The notes below the pieces were generated by a model. It searched no databases. It was not told the DNA's origin and saw nothing but the letters and a program-made list of their open reading frames with translations. Shown here one piece after another: positions 51,021-63,358 of a stretch of 64,000 nt of DNA. The stretch lies in contig NC_135899.1 in NCBI RefSeq assembly GCF_964194155.1, positions 80,290,001 to 80,354,000 of the forward strand. Reading direction: 5' to 3'. Each line of letters starts with the position of its first letter. Position 1 is the stretch's first letter. The stretch comes from Cetorhinus maximus (taxonomy: Eukaryota). Both the position numbers and the translations under genes were made by a program.

Positions 51021-51537
51021 TCAGTTTGCTTCTCTGCAAACAAAAGGAATATGTTCACGCCTTGAGCCTTTTTGAATTACCATATGGGGAGCCCATAGTT
51101 CTCTGTTGCTTTCTTCATGGCAATGCCTCAGCTTATCAGAGTTGACTTGTCACTCAATCAGCACCCTTTCAGTCCTGTGGTATAAACTGTTGTGATCATG
51201 TGAAATTTGGTACTATTGTGTTTGTCCTAATAAGTGCAAGATGAAAAGCTTCTGCAACATGTCTCTCTTTTCAGCAATATTCAAGTTCTGTAATAACAAG
51301 GGCAAGGATAAGGTTTCAGCAGTAGTTGAGTTGAGGCAGGGGTGGTCAGGTGATGTTATGGAGGTGGATGTAGGCAGTCTTGGTGATGGAGCAGATATAT
51401 GCCAGCTTGCATCAGTATATGTATGATGTATATATTGGGGGGTGTGTCAGTTATATATCACATAAATGCCAGCTAGGGCATACATGTACATTTCACTGAC
51501 AGGTAGATGAAAATAAAGATACAATAACTGATCTTAC

Positions 51538-51640
51538 CTTTAACCATTCATTAAATGTAGGATTCAGGGTTTTCTTCTTCACTGAGGTTTTACGTTTGCT
51601 TTGGGATGATTTGTCTGGGAGAAGATAACTCTTCACATAA
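51538..51640 (-). CDS. SYTL1: SYTL1 exon (C2A polybasic region)
   Basis: 103 bp; [34 protein letters not shown]; aacag| and |gtaag. Confidence 0.95.
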
Positions 51641-51894
51641 CTGTTAAACGGTAAAGTTAGTAAAATCACTAAGTATGCCTGACACTGTTTGACATGCACA
51701 TTCGGAGACACCAAGACACATGCACACAGCCACAAGGATTCACATAGTAATCTCGGAACCGAATCACAATTCCACCTGTCTGGCCATGTGCTGGTGTGGA
51801 TGCCGCCATCTCATCACTAACAGCTGGGCTTCCATTTACCGCAAATCATTAAATTTGTGTCAAAACCATATTTCACTAAAGACTCTGTACTTAC

Positions 51895-52061
51895 GGATCA
51901 GAACGATTTTTCTTGGCTGCAGCTAGATCATCACATTGCACCACATGAATTTTGAACTCAAGATTGTTTTCATCAAAATGGAGTGAGAAAGTGATACTGC
52001 CTCTCACATCAACACATCCAACATCAGCATTGCTGTACAAGCTCATCATACTGCCACTGAG
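51895..52061 (-). CDS. SYTL1: SYTL1 exon (start of C2A)
   Basis: 167 bp; LSGSMMSLYSNADVGCVDVRGSITFSLHFDENNLEFKIHVVQCDDLAAAKKNRSD(P), matching human SYTL1 LSGSQMSL...VRGSVHFAL...LAAARRRRSDP. Not in the ORF track. Confidence 0.93.
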
Positions 52062-52669
52062 CTACAGGACAAAACACAGAGTATCAGTCAGTGATGCTTC
52101 TGTTACATTGCTTGCCCAGGTTCCTGGGTCAGAGAGATAGGTGCAATCTAATGGACCTTATGAGCCCTACTGTGTGAATAGAATCATAGAAATCTTACAC
52201 CAGAGAAGGAGGCCATTTGGCCATCATATTTGTGTTGGCCAATATGGAGCTATCCAACCTAAACAACTTTCCAGCTTTTGGTCCGTAGCCTGGTATACTA
52301 CGGCACTTCAGGTAAAGGTCATCTTTACTGCAAACCTGGGAGTTACAAGTTTTCTACTGATTTAACATAGTTACTATATCCCACCTCAGACAAGATTAGA
52401 TTCAGGCACCAGCAAGGTGTAAAACCTGATGTCAAAGATAGAGATTCAATGTGAAGTTGACACTGCACTTCCGCACTCCCCACCCCTACAGTAGGGTGCC
52501 ACATAGCTTGACAAGGTGACTGTAGTCTAAGTGGAAAACTCCTCCTTATCTGAAGTGCAACATTGAGATTGGCATTAAGTCAGTTGTCTTCTTTGAATCT
52601 GAAGGATCTATTGGAGGGCATGTTTCCTTACAGCAAATTGCATATATACAAGACAGGAGAAAGGGCAGC

Positions 52670-53470
52670 TGCCTAATCAGCTTGGATCAGAAATGGCTTT
52701 TGACAGAATATCACACACATACCTGATGGATGTGCTTTCTAAAATGGTGTTTGTGGAGGGAATCTGAAATTGGATCCACCTACTCTACACAAACATCAGT
52801 AGCGCGGCTTTAATCAAAGGGTGGAAATTGGAAAGCCTTCCGATCAGGCAAGGCTGTCATCTCTCTTCTGCCTTGTTTGTGTGTTGTACCAATCCTTTAC
52901 TGAGTTCATCAGGAAGGATGCAGATGTAAAAGGGGCAATGATCCTAGACAGCGGAGGCATTCACTTCAAGGCCTTCCTGTACATGGAAGGCATTACTGTC
53001 TTCTGCTTGGATCCACTTTTAGTCCACAGATCAAGCAGCATTTTTGACCAGTCAAACTGTCCTGGGGAGCTAGAGTAAATCGCAACAAAAGCAAGACCGC
53101 CTTCTTGGGAATTAGGCGTACTGATCCTTTGTCCCCTTCACCGTCAGATCAGGTTGCCTGAAGGTGCTGGGAATATGGGGCCAGGGCATGCACCAAGAAC
53201 TATAGCTAAAGTCAATCAGAATCTGGGAATGTGGGAGCGATGTTTCCTCTTGATTGTAGGTTAGAACTCGGTCATCAGGTGTGAGGTGCTTCAAGTATTG
53301 TTGTGCAAGTTGCAATACTGTCTCGTGCTCTGGCTGTGTGGTGACAGTTATCTAAACCATCTCCTACTTTGTCTGGAGATCGAAAATGGACCTCACCCTC
53401 AGGGACATAATGTACAAATCTTCAGATAAAGGGGGAAGAAATGTAGCCAAATGTCACCCTCATTCTGATT
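52670..53470 (+). mobile_element. L1/Tx1-like RT fragment; probable 3' tail resumes at ~55140-55340
   Basis: SLDQKxAFDRISHTYL, QGCxLSxxLF and LYMEGI (LYMDDV-like) remnants. Confidence 0.7.
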
Positions 53471-55133
53471 CTGGAAATCCAAAACAAAAATAAAAATAAA
53501 AATACCTGGAAAAACTCAGCAGGTCTGAAAGCATCTGCGGAGAGGAATATTACTCCGGCCCCCTCCCACAACTCTTTCTCCGGTACATCAATGACTGCAT
53601 CGGTGCTGCTTCATGCCCTCGTCTGGACCTGGAAAAATTTATTAATTTTGCTTCCAATTTCCACCCCTCCATCATTTTCACATGGTCCATCTCTGACACT
53701 TCCCTTCCCTTCCTTGACCTCTCTGTCTCAATTTCTGGTGATAGACTGTCCACAAATATTCATTTCAAGCCTACCGACTCCCACAGCTACCTTGACTACA
53801 GCTCCTCACACCCCACTTCCTGTAAGGACTCCATCCCATTCTCTCAGTTCCTTTGCCTCCGTCGCATCTGTTCTGATGATGCCATTTTCAAAAACAGTTC
53901 CTCTGACATGTCTTCCTTCTTCCTTAACCGAGGTTTTCCACCCACGGTGGTTGACAGGCCCTTCAACCATGTCCGGCTCATCTCCTGCGCATCCGCCCTC
54001 AAACCTTCCTCTCCCTCCCAGAATCATGATAGGGTCCCCCTTGTCCTCACTTATCACCCCACCAGCCTCCGCATTCAAAGGATCATCCTCCGCCATTTCC
54101 GCCAACTCCAGCATGATGCCACCACCAAACACATCTTCCCTTCACCCCCCCTGGCGGCATTCCGCAGGGATCGTTCCCTCCAGGACACCCTGGTCCACTC
54201 CTCCATCACCCCCTACACCTCAACCCCCTCTCACAGCACCTTCCCATGCAACCACAGAAAGTGCAACACCTGCCCCTTTACTTCCCCTCTCCTCACCGTC
54301 CAAGGGCCCAAACGCTCCTTTCAATTGAAGCAGCATTTCACTTGCACTTCCCTCAATTTAGTCTACTACATTGGCTGCTCCCAATATGGTTTCCTCTACA
54401 TTGGAGAGACCAAATGCAGACTGGGTGACCGCTTTGCAGAACACCTTCGGTCTGTCCGCAAGCATGACCCAGACCTCCCTGTCGCTTGCCATTTCAACAC
54501 TCCACCCTGCTCTCATGCCCACATGTCCGTCCTTGGCCTGCTGCAATGTTCCAGTGAAGCTCAACGCAAACTGGAGGAACAGCACCTCATCTTCCGATTA
54601 GGCACTTTACAACCTTCCGGACTGAATATTGAGTTCAACAACTTTAGATCATGAACTCTCTCCTCCATCCCCACCCCCTTTCCAATCCCCTTCTTTTGCC
54701 AATAATTTATATAGATTTTTCTTTTCCCACCTATTTCCATTATTTTTAAATGTATTTCCATCCATTGTTTTATCTCTACCTTTTAGCCTATTTCGATCCC
54801 TTCCCCCCCACCCCACCCCCACTAGGGCTTTCTGTACCTTGCTCGTCCTGCTTTCTACCCTTAATGTCATCATTAGCACATTTCTTAGCTAATATCACCA
54901 CCGTCAACACCTCTTTGTCCTTTTGTCTATGACGTCTTTTGGCAATCTCCACCTATCACTGGCCCTCTATCCAGCTCTACCTGTCCCACACCCCTTAAAC
55001 CAGCTTCACCTCTTTTCTATTTTTCCTTAGTTTTGTTGAAGAGTCATACGGACTCGAAACGTTAACTGTATTCCTCTCCGCAGATGCTGCCAGACCTGCT
55101 GAGTTTTTCCAGGTATTTTTATTTTTGTTTTTT
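53471..55133 (+). mobile_element. Young, 5'-truncated Penelope-like element with inverted terminal repeat (RT C-terminus and GIY-YIG)
   Basis: One frame is open from LFLRYINDCIG (~53572) to the stop at 54654, including LVYYIGC...LYIGETKCRLGDRFAEHL. 53481-53549 is the reverse complement of ~55069-55131. Confidence 0.92.
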
Positions 55134-55349
55134 GTTTAAGATCCCTCAGGCTGTATGTGTTAGAAAATTTAAATGCAACGTAAATGTAGATGTAGCCTGC
55201 ATTGTAAATGGAGTGAGGCAGCCCATGCACTGTGTTTAAACAAATTGATCTGTATCGCAAGATGTGAACTGCCATATTTGAATTGTACTGTAATGCACCT
55301 TTACACATTCTATAAGTAAAAAATACTTTTGGAAAAAAGAGTCAATTTG

Positions 55350-56700
55350 AAGCAGTTATTTTCACTCACACCTTGGAGTCAGGGGAATGTGAGTTTAAAT
55401 CCCAGTTCAGGACTTAAACTCATAGTTTGGGGTGAAAGTTGCATTGTCAGAGGTGTTAGATGAGCTGTTAAACCAATGCGCCACCTATCTGTTCAGGTGA
55501 ATGTAATTATTCAAAATAAGAATAGGGAGTTCTCTTGGTATCCTGAATAACATTCATCCCTCAACAAACACTATCAAAACAGATTATCTGATTATGCATT
55601 TAATTTGCTGTCCTGCAATCTTATTGTGCAAATTTTGGTTGCCACAAATGCCCACATAACAATAGCAACTAAACTTCAAATGTAATATCACCCCCTACTC
55701 CTCAACCCCCACCTATGGCACCTCCCCATGCCCACGCAGAAGATGCAACACCTGCCCCTTCACTTCCTCTCTCCTCACCGTCCAAGGGCCCAAACACTCC
55801 TTTCAAGTGAAGCAGCATTTCACTTGCATTTCCCCTAACTTAGTCTACTGCATTCGTTGCTCCCAATGCGGTCTCCTCTACATTGGAGAGACCAAACGCA
55901 AACTGGGCGACCACTTTGCAGAACACCTGCGGTCTGTCCGCAAGAAAGACCCAAACCTCCCTGTCGCTTGCCATTTTAACACTCCACCCTGCTCTCTTGC
56001 CCACATGTCTGTCCTTGGCTTGCTGCATTGTTCCAGTGAAGCCCAACGCAAACTGGAGGAACAGCACCTCATCTTCCGACTAGGCACCTTACAGCCTTCC
56101 GGGCTGAATATTGAATTCAACAACTTTAGATCTTAAACTCCCTCCCCCCATCCCCACCCCGTTTCTTCCCCCTCCCTTTTGTTTTTTTTCGATAATTTAT
56201 ATAGATTTTTCTTTCCCCACCTGTTTCCATTATTTTTAAATCTACAACTAATACCTTGTCAGTCTTTCCACCCCACCCCCACTAGAGCTGTACCTTGAGT
56301 GTCCTGCCATCCATTCTTAATTAGCACATTTTCTTAGATAATATCACCACCTTCAACACCTCTTTGATCCTTTTGTCTGTGACATATTTTTATTATCTGC
56401 TCCTATCACTGCTTGCTTGTCCCTACAACCACCCCACCCTCAACTTCTCTCCCCACCCCTTGCCCCCCACCTTAAACCAGCTTATATTTCACCCTTCTCC
56501 TAACTATACTCAGTTCTGTTGAAGGGTCATGAGGACTTGAAACGTCGACTCTTTTCTTCTCCGCCGATGCTGCCAGACCTGCTGAGTTTTTCCAGGTAAT
56601 TCTGTTTTTGTTTCAAATGTAATTCGTTGGCTACTATGTCTATTGGCTGCTCTTGAGATTGTTAAAACCCCTTTGTAAGTGTAAGTTCTTTCTTCTTTGC
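55350..56700 (+). mobile_element. Deu-domain SINE interrupted by a Penelope element
   Basis: Degenerate B box GAGTTTAAATCC and Deu core; the tail resumes after 56623. Confidence 0.65.
55687..56611 (+). mobile_element. Penelope-like element fragment (GIY-YIG and pLTR)
   Basis: LVYCIRCSQCGLLYIGETKRKLGDHFAEHL; TSD TTCAAATGTAAT at 55675-55686 and 56612-56623. Confidence 0.92.
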
Positions 56701-57282
56701 CTCAGATCGAGTATTAGAAATATTATCCCAATAATGCTGACAACATTGGTGTGAAATGGTAACTAAGGGTGTGGTAAAGTAGCTGATAAAATGTGAATCC
56801 CAGACAGATTAGTCTTCCAGTTCTATGGCAGCACCAACAGACAATGTGAATACTGTCCATTCACACTGCACCTCAAAGAAAGAATCAATATCCAATGGGA
56901 CAGAGATTGAGGGTTTTACAAAGGCCTGCTTGGCTCACATAGAGTTAGGAAGAGAGGAGTGTCTATGATTAAGATAGGTAAAGGCACCATTTCTGGCAGC
57001 ACCTGGTTTCATAGATAAAACAATCTCTTCTTGTTCCAAGCTTTCTCATGCTGTCCTTGAGTATATACAGCAGCATGATCCTTGTATTAATGTGTTCTGC
57101 GTACCAACTGCAACTGTTTGTGAACCTTCGAAAATTAGAGTCGAGAACTGTCAGGATAGTCAGCTTTTCTCTGTTAACAGAAAACAGGATGTGGGCAGAA
57201 TAATCAGCACAATAAGAGTGACTAATTGTAGAGCGACCTCCTGACACATCGCCAATTCTCTGCCCAAATGTTACTTTGTAAG

Positions 57283-58426
57283 ATAAAAGCAAAATACTGC
57301 GGATGCTGGAAATCTGAAACAAAAACAAAAATTGCTGGAAAAACTCAGCAGGTCTGACAGCATCTGTGGAGAGAAGGATAGAGTTAACATTTCGAGTCCA
57401 GACGACTCTTCTTCAGAACTAAAGAGGAGTAGAAATGTGGTGAAATATATACTGTTTAAAGCGGGGGTGGGGCAGATGAAGCTGAATAGAAGGCCGGTGA
57501 TAGGTGGAGGAAAAGGAGAGATTGCAAAAGATGTCATAAACAAAAGGTCAAAGGGGTGTTGATGATGGTGACACTGGCTAAAGTAGGTGCTAATGGTGAC
57601 ATTAAGAGTAGAAAGCAGGATGAGCAAGTGACAGATGGTCCTAGTGGGGGTGGGGTGGGGGGAGGGGATGATGTGGGAGAAAAGATCAAAATTGGCTAAA
57701 AGGTGGGGATAAAACAATGAATGGAAATAAATTTTTAAAATAATAATAGAAATAGGTGGGGGAAAAATGTATATATAAAAATTAATATTAAAAACTAAAT
57801 ATTTGAAAAAAGGGAATCAAAAAGGGGTGAGGATGGAGGACAGAGGTTCATGATCTGAAGTTGTTGAACTCAATATTAAGTCCAGTTTGCGTTGAGCTTC
57901 ACTGGAACATTGCAGCAGGCCAAAGACAGACATGTGGGCATGAGAGCAGGGTGGGGCGTGAAATGGCAAACAACAGGAAGGTCTGGGTCACGCTTGCGGA
58001 CAGACCGAAGGTGTTCTGCAATGCGGTCACCCAGTCTGAGTTTGGTCTCTCCAATGTAGAGGAGACTGCATTGGGAGCAGTGAACGCAGTAGACTAAATT
58101 GAGGGAAGTGCAAGCGAAGCGCTGCTTCGATTGAAAGGAGTGTTTGGGTCCTTGGACGGTGAGAAGAGGGGAAGTAAAGGGGCAGGCTTTGCACCTTCTG
58201 CGATTGCATGGGTAGGTGCTGTGGGAGGGGTTTGAAGTGTAGGGTGTGATGGAGGAGTGGACCAGGGTGTCCCGGAGGGAATGGTCCCAACGGAATGCCA
58301 CATTTCACCACATTTATACTTCTCTTTACTTCTGAAGAAGAGTAATCTGGACTCGAAACGTTAACTCTGTCCTTCTCTCCACAGATGCTGTCAGGTCTGC
58401 TGAGTTTTTCTAGCAAATTTTGTTTT
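57283..58426 (-). mobile_element. Penelope-like element fragment with inverted pLTR
   Basis: LVYCVHCSQCSLLYIGETKLRLGDRIAEHL on minus; inverted terminal copy at ~58302-58426; TSD TGTTACTTTGT(A/G)AG at 57269-57282 and 58427-58440. Confidence 0.9.
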
Positions 58427-58737
58427 TGTTACTTTGTGAGGCTGGGAGTCACCCTTGCTAAATATTTAACTGCAACAAAACACAGCACTGCCTCACAGAG
58501 AAAGGTTCTCATGTAGCAGAAACATCTGCACATTCATTCTTCCAATATCTTTGGTGATTTAGGATGTCTTAAATGTGGCAGCTAAATCAATAGAAAATCC
58601 CAGTACAAACAGCAGTCGAGATCTAGTACATCCCAGTATACACAACAGGGATTGGAACCTGTCACATCCAAGAGGAAGGGGAAACAAACACACATCCCCA
58701 GCAAGGGATTCAGAACTCAGCACATTCCAGTACTCAC

Positions 58738-58848
58738 AGCAGCAGATTGGAAACTGGACAGCGAGCTGTTAACATCCACATCTTTTGTTGGCACACTGCA
58801 CTCATCACTGTGCTGGGACCAAGTGTCACCATCAATCCCGTCATCACT
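58738..58848 (-). CDS. SYTL1: SYTL1 exon (Ser-rich linker before C2A)
   Basis: 111 bp, phase 0/0; cttgtcacctgcag| SDDGIDGDTWSQHSDECSVPTKDVDVNSSLSSFQSAA |gtgagt. Joins in frame to LSGSMMS, as human SSVSSLNSST-LSGSQMS does. Confidence 0.75.
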
Positions 58849-59107
58849 CTGCAGGTGACAAGAAAATAACTTATGAGAACATGAAGTTGATCAGCAACAA
58901 ATCCAATCTATACCAACGCCTCAATTCAACAACCTATTACCATCAGAACCAGTCTCCATTATAACAGCGCTGAGCCCCAACCTTGTGGGCACTGTGGAGC
59001 CCAACCGAACATCACTAGTAACATTGCCACTGGCCACTGTCATTGAATCCTGGTCAACATCACTGGAATTTGGATGTGGATTTCCAGCATTACTATACTC
59101 TATCCAG

Positions 59108-59622
59108 GCCCTCCCTCTTCCCCTCTCTTCCCCTAAGTTCCTCATTCCCTCTCTGCCATCCCTACACTCTTTCCTTCCTTCTCTTCCAATCCTCCCTCTA
59201 TTCACTCCTTCTTCCTTTAGCTCTCTTTCTCCCCTTCTTTTTCTTCCTTCCTCTCTCACTACTCTCTAACAACTCAATCTCCCCTTCCTTCAATCCCTCT
59301 TCCTCCCCCTCCACCACACTTTCTCCCTCCCCTTCCCCATTCTCTCTCTCTCACCGACTCTCTCCCTCTCTCTCCCTCCTCAACTCTCTCCCTCCCCCAC
59401 TCTCTCCCTCTCCCACCCTACTCTTTCTTTCTCTCCTTCTCCCTCCCCAATACCTCCCTCTCTCTTGCCACTGCCTCTCCCACTTCCCCAAACACATGTT
59501 CTCTTGCTTCTCTCACTCTACACTCCCTTGCGCCACCACAGATGCACTCTCTCACTACTGCCCCCACTCTCTCTTGCTTCAGCCCTCGCTCTCCCTCTTC
59601 CCTCCCCACATTCTTTCTCCAA
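59108..59622. repeat. Polypyrimidine (CT-rich) low-complexity tract
   Basis: About 500 bp of predominantly C/T on the + strand. Confidence 0.85.
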
Positions 59623-59629
59623 CCCTGTG

Positions 59630-62600
59630 GATCATAGGAACAGCAGTAAACCATTTAGCCCTTCAAGCCTGTTCCATCAATGAGAGCACAACTGTCCTGA
59701 ATCCATTTAATTTAGTTAATAGAAAAAAATCAATTTCAGATTTAAATTTTAAAATTGATCTAGCTTTAATTACTGTTTGTGGAAAAGAGTTCCAACTTCC
59801 TCTACCCTTTATGTATAGAAATGCTTCCTAATTTCACTCCTGAAAGGTCTAGCTCAATTTTTTTTAGTCTATCCTTTAGAGTCCCCAGCCAACAGAAATT
59901 ATTTTCTCTATTTACCCTATCTGTTCCCTTTAATATCTTAAAAACCTTGATCAATCACCCCTTAACCTTCTAAATTCCAGGGATTGTATAATCGCTTCTC
60001 ATAATTTTCCCCATGGAGTTGAAGCATCATTTTGGTAAATCTGTGCTGCACTCCATCTAAGGCCAAAGCACATTTCCTAAGGAGTCATGCCCAGAATGGC
60101 TCTCAGTACTCCAGGTGTAGTCGAGATGTGGCTTTGTACAGCGCTAGCATAGCTTCTACCCCCTTGTTTTCTCATGGTATAAATATAAAGATCAACATTG
60201 CGTTTGCGATTTTGATTATGTCCTGTAGACATATAGACATTTTCATTGTCTATATACCTGGACACCACCCTCCCCGCCCCAGACACACCTGCCAACCCCT
60301 GCCCCCAACTCTGCCCCCGCAACCCCCACAACACCCCCAATCCCGGGCCTCCCACCCCCCAAGGTTCCTTGAAACTCCACTATTTAAAATTTATCATTTA
60401 AAAAGTACTCAGTTCTATTCTTTTTTTGGTCCAAAGCGGATGACCTTGCGTTTGCTGTCATTGAAACTCTTTTACCACAATTTTGGCAATCGGTCAATAA
60501 TTTGCCTTCAATTCCACAAGCTTCAACTTTAGCTAACAATCTCTAATGAAGGAATTATCAAATGCCTTTCAAAAGTTCATATAAATAATCTGTACAGGCA
60601 TCCCACTGTCCACTACTTTAGTGACTGCTTCAAAAAATTTAATTAAGTTAATCAGTCATGACTTACCATTTACAAATCCATGCTGACTCTGTGATCAGTT
60701 GAAAATTTTCAAGGTCACTCTATCCTTACTTATAGAATCAAATAATTTCCTGACAACACATGAGACTAACTGCACCACAATTCACTCATTTCCTTCCGTT
60801 ACCTTTTTTAAATAGTGGATAGACATGCATAGTTTTCTAATCTAAAGGAATGGTCCCCATATTGAGATTATAGTTAGGGAATCTGCAAAGTTCTCACTTA
60901 CTTCTTTTAAGACCCTTGGGTGAAACCATCTGGTTCTGTGGATTTATCACTCTTTAGTGCCATTATTTTCTTTATTACTGTTATTCTGCTTAAGTTAATT
61001 TTGTTAAGTCCTTGATCCAATATTATTTTCCTTGGAATGTTTGCAAGCTAATCTGTTCTTCTTCTATAATTACTGATGCAAAGCAATTAATCAACAAGTG
61101 CACCATTTCCTTACTTTGAATGACAATATCTCCATTATCTGTTTTCAAGGACTCAACTTTGCTCTTGGCCACTCTCTTTGTCCTAATATAACTTTTTAAA
61201 AATTGTTTTAGATATTCCTTGCAAGTTTATTTTTACACTCCCTTTTTATAGCTCTGTTTTGTCACCTTTTGCTGTTCTTTGTACCTTTCCTATTTGCTAT
61301 GGTTTGTGGGTTTTTTTTTGCATTTTTTATTTTATGTTATCTCTTATCTCTTTACAGTCCAAAGCTGTATATTTTGGTAAGTCAAGCCTTGCCCATTAGC
61401 GGTATCAAGTGGTTCTGTGTCACATTAAGATCTTTTTTGAACACCTTCCATTGATCTTGTTTTTTAACCCATTAATAGATTTGCCCAATTTACTGTGGAC
61501 ATTCTCTGTCTCATTGCACTGAAGCCAGCCTTACCTAAATCTAGAACCTCAACAGCTGTTTCATATCTCTCCCTTTCAAAACCACTTTAAACTCAATCAT
61601 ATTATGATTGCTATCAGATAAATGTTCATGTATCATTAGGATGTTAACTAAATCTGGCTCATTACTCATCACTAAATCTAATATGGCCTGTTGGTTCTAG
61701 GACCTAATATTGCAGGAAACTAGCCTGAACTCACTCAATAAATTCAATACCTTCCTGACACGTGCTAGCCTGCTTATCCATATAAAAGTTAAAATCCTCC
61801 ATTAAAACCATTCTGCCTTTGCTACACGCATGTCTAATCACAGTCATTATACATTCTACCACTTCACAGCTGCTACCAGGGGGCCTATGCACAACCTACA
61901 CTGCAGTCTTAAATCTTTTCTATTTCTTAATTCTATCGATAAAGTCTCCATTGTCTGCTCACCTCTCGTCATATCTTCTCTTATCATTGAAATGATTTAA
62001 TCCTGAATCACTAAGGCTATTTCTCGCCCTCTACTACATTCTCTATCTTTCCTGTTGACCTTGTAACCTGGTATATTTAGTTTCCAATCCTGACCATCTT
62101 GCAGTGATGGCTCAATAATGTTATACCATCTAACTTTAATTTGTGCCTGTAATTTATTCAATTATCCTTGTACTCATGTGTGTTTGTATAAAGAATGCCT
62201 ACTTGAACCACAAACTCTACCTGTCTTTATGCTCTAATGTTCTACTCGCACATTTCTTATTTCTCGCTACTGATGAACAACTTTCAGTTTTCCCTTTACT
62301 TGTAGTGCCCAAAGGACAAAAGCAAATCTGGCAGTCGGGAACTTAACATATGGGACTCTTGATTCTGCATAGAAAGAATGCTATCTGATGCCATAATTAT
62401 TGACTCCCCTGCAACTACCACATTATACTTCCCTTCCTCCCTACTTTGGACAGCCTTCTATTCCAAAGTACCATGTCAACATTTTAGCTGTCCTTCCAAC
62501 AGTCTTTACCCTTATCATTACAGGTAGCAAGTACATTGTGCCTGTTGGATAGGAACAGTTTCTGTGGATCTTCATTCTCAATCTCACTCAGGTTCCCCTT

Positions 62601-62780
62601 ACTCTGTACAGTATCAGTCACACCAACACTGTTCCAATCCTGTACCTTGCTACAAAATGTGTCCATGGACTGGAGAAACTGTCCAGTTACTTCTTCCCCT
62701 CCCTTAAGTGTCAACTCCTACTCCAATTCAATGACTATGAGCTGAAGCGATTCAAAACGCAGATATCTACAATAGATGTA
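59630..62780 (-). mobile_element. Old, long, highly degenerate CR1-type LINE
   Basis: CR1 tail at ~59630-59700. Remnants of QHGFV (~60670), KSxGPDG (~60930) and endonuclease-like sequence (~61600-62100). Many stops. Confidence 0.65.
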
Positions 62781-62864
62781 TTTGCACAGAACAGTCTCAC
62801 TGTCCATGCACTCCCATGTTTTCGATTCGACAAATAACCTGTTCCGCTGTATTCTAGTTTTTTT

Positions 62865-63155
62865 ATCTCACTCTCACCCTCACATTCTCTCTCTTCCTCC
62901 CCACCTTACTCCTTCTCCCTTACTGTGCCTGCTCTGGTTTTTCACGGCCCCCTCACTCCCCGTCACTCCCTCAACCCTCTCTGACCTTCTCTCCTTGCTC
63001 CATCTCCCTCTCCCCACCCTGCACTCTTTCTCTGTCCCTATCCACCCCGCCTTTACTCGCAACCCCTCTCCTGCCTCTCCCTTCTCCCTGCCTGACCTCC
63101 TCCTCCATCCCTGCGTCACACTTCACTCCATGCGTCACCTCTTCTCTCCTTCTCC
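62865..63155. repeat. CT-rich low-complexity tract
   Basis: Pyrimidine-rich simple sequence. Confidence 0.75.
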
Positions 63156-63278
63156 TGCTGTGGAAATGCTGTTGCTGAGTTGCTTACTCTCCAACCCAAC
63201 AAATTCATGCAATGAGTAGACGGTAAATAGTTCAGCTTATGTGACGTGTGCAAGCGTTGCAAGTTTTGTGTTCATTAC

Positions 63279-63358
63279 CTGCACTGTAATAGTAGAGACC
63301 GATATGTTGCTCTCCTCAGTCCTCAATGCCTCATCGGCCTTGGTACATGGAGCATAAA
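63279..63358 (-). CDS. Candidate upstream SYTL1 linker exon
   Basis: tccgtag| (x)YAPCTKADEALRTEESNISVSTITVQ |gtaatg. Open frame with a phase-0 end compatible with the exon at 58848; no recognisable homology. Confidence 0.35.

Larger units (their letters stand above)
48144..51286 (-). mobile_element. Penelope-like element with inverted pLTRs, hosting an H2B retrocopy and a CR1 insertion
   Basis: GIY-YIG remnant YEFQCRCNAR..GCMSQRLAARIKQHVP|FAVCNGQ...CDSVIGQL on minus. pLTR at ~48150-48400 (-) is repeated inverted at ~51020-51286 (+). Flanking duplication tctgtaggtaacaaaggcaaggat / tctgtaataacaagggcaaggat. Confidence 0.75.

Noticed and set aside
53591-54328. 245-aa alternative-frame ORF
   Set aside because: Overlaps the true Penelope frame in C-rich sequence; no independent support.
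57003-57170. Possible extra SYTL1 exon (good acceptor, open frame EKLTILTV...)
   Set aside because: Its open frame is not phase-compatible with the flanking phase-0 exons, the donor is weak and the peptide shows no homology.
59043-59831. 262-aa ORF
   Set aside because: Artefact of a stop-poor CT-rich tract (Ser/Pro/Leu low complexity).
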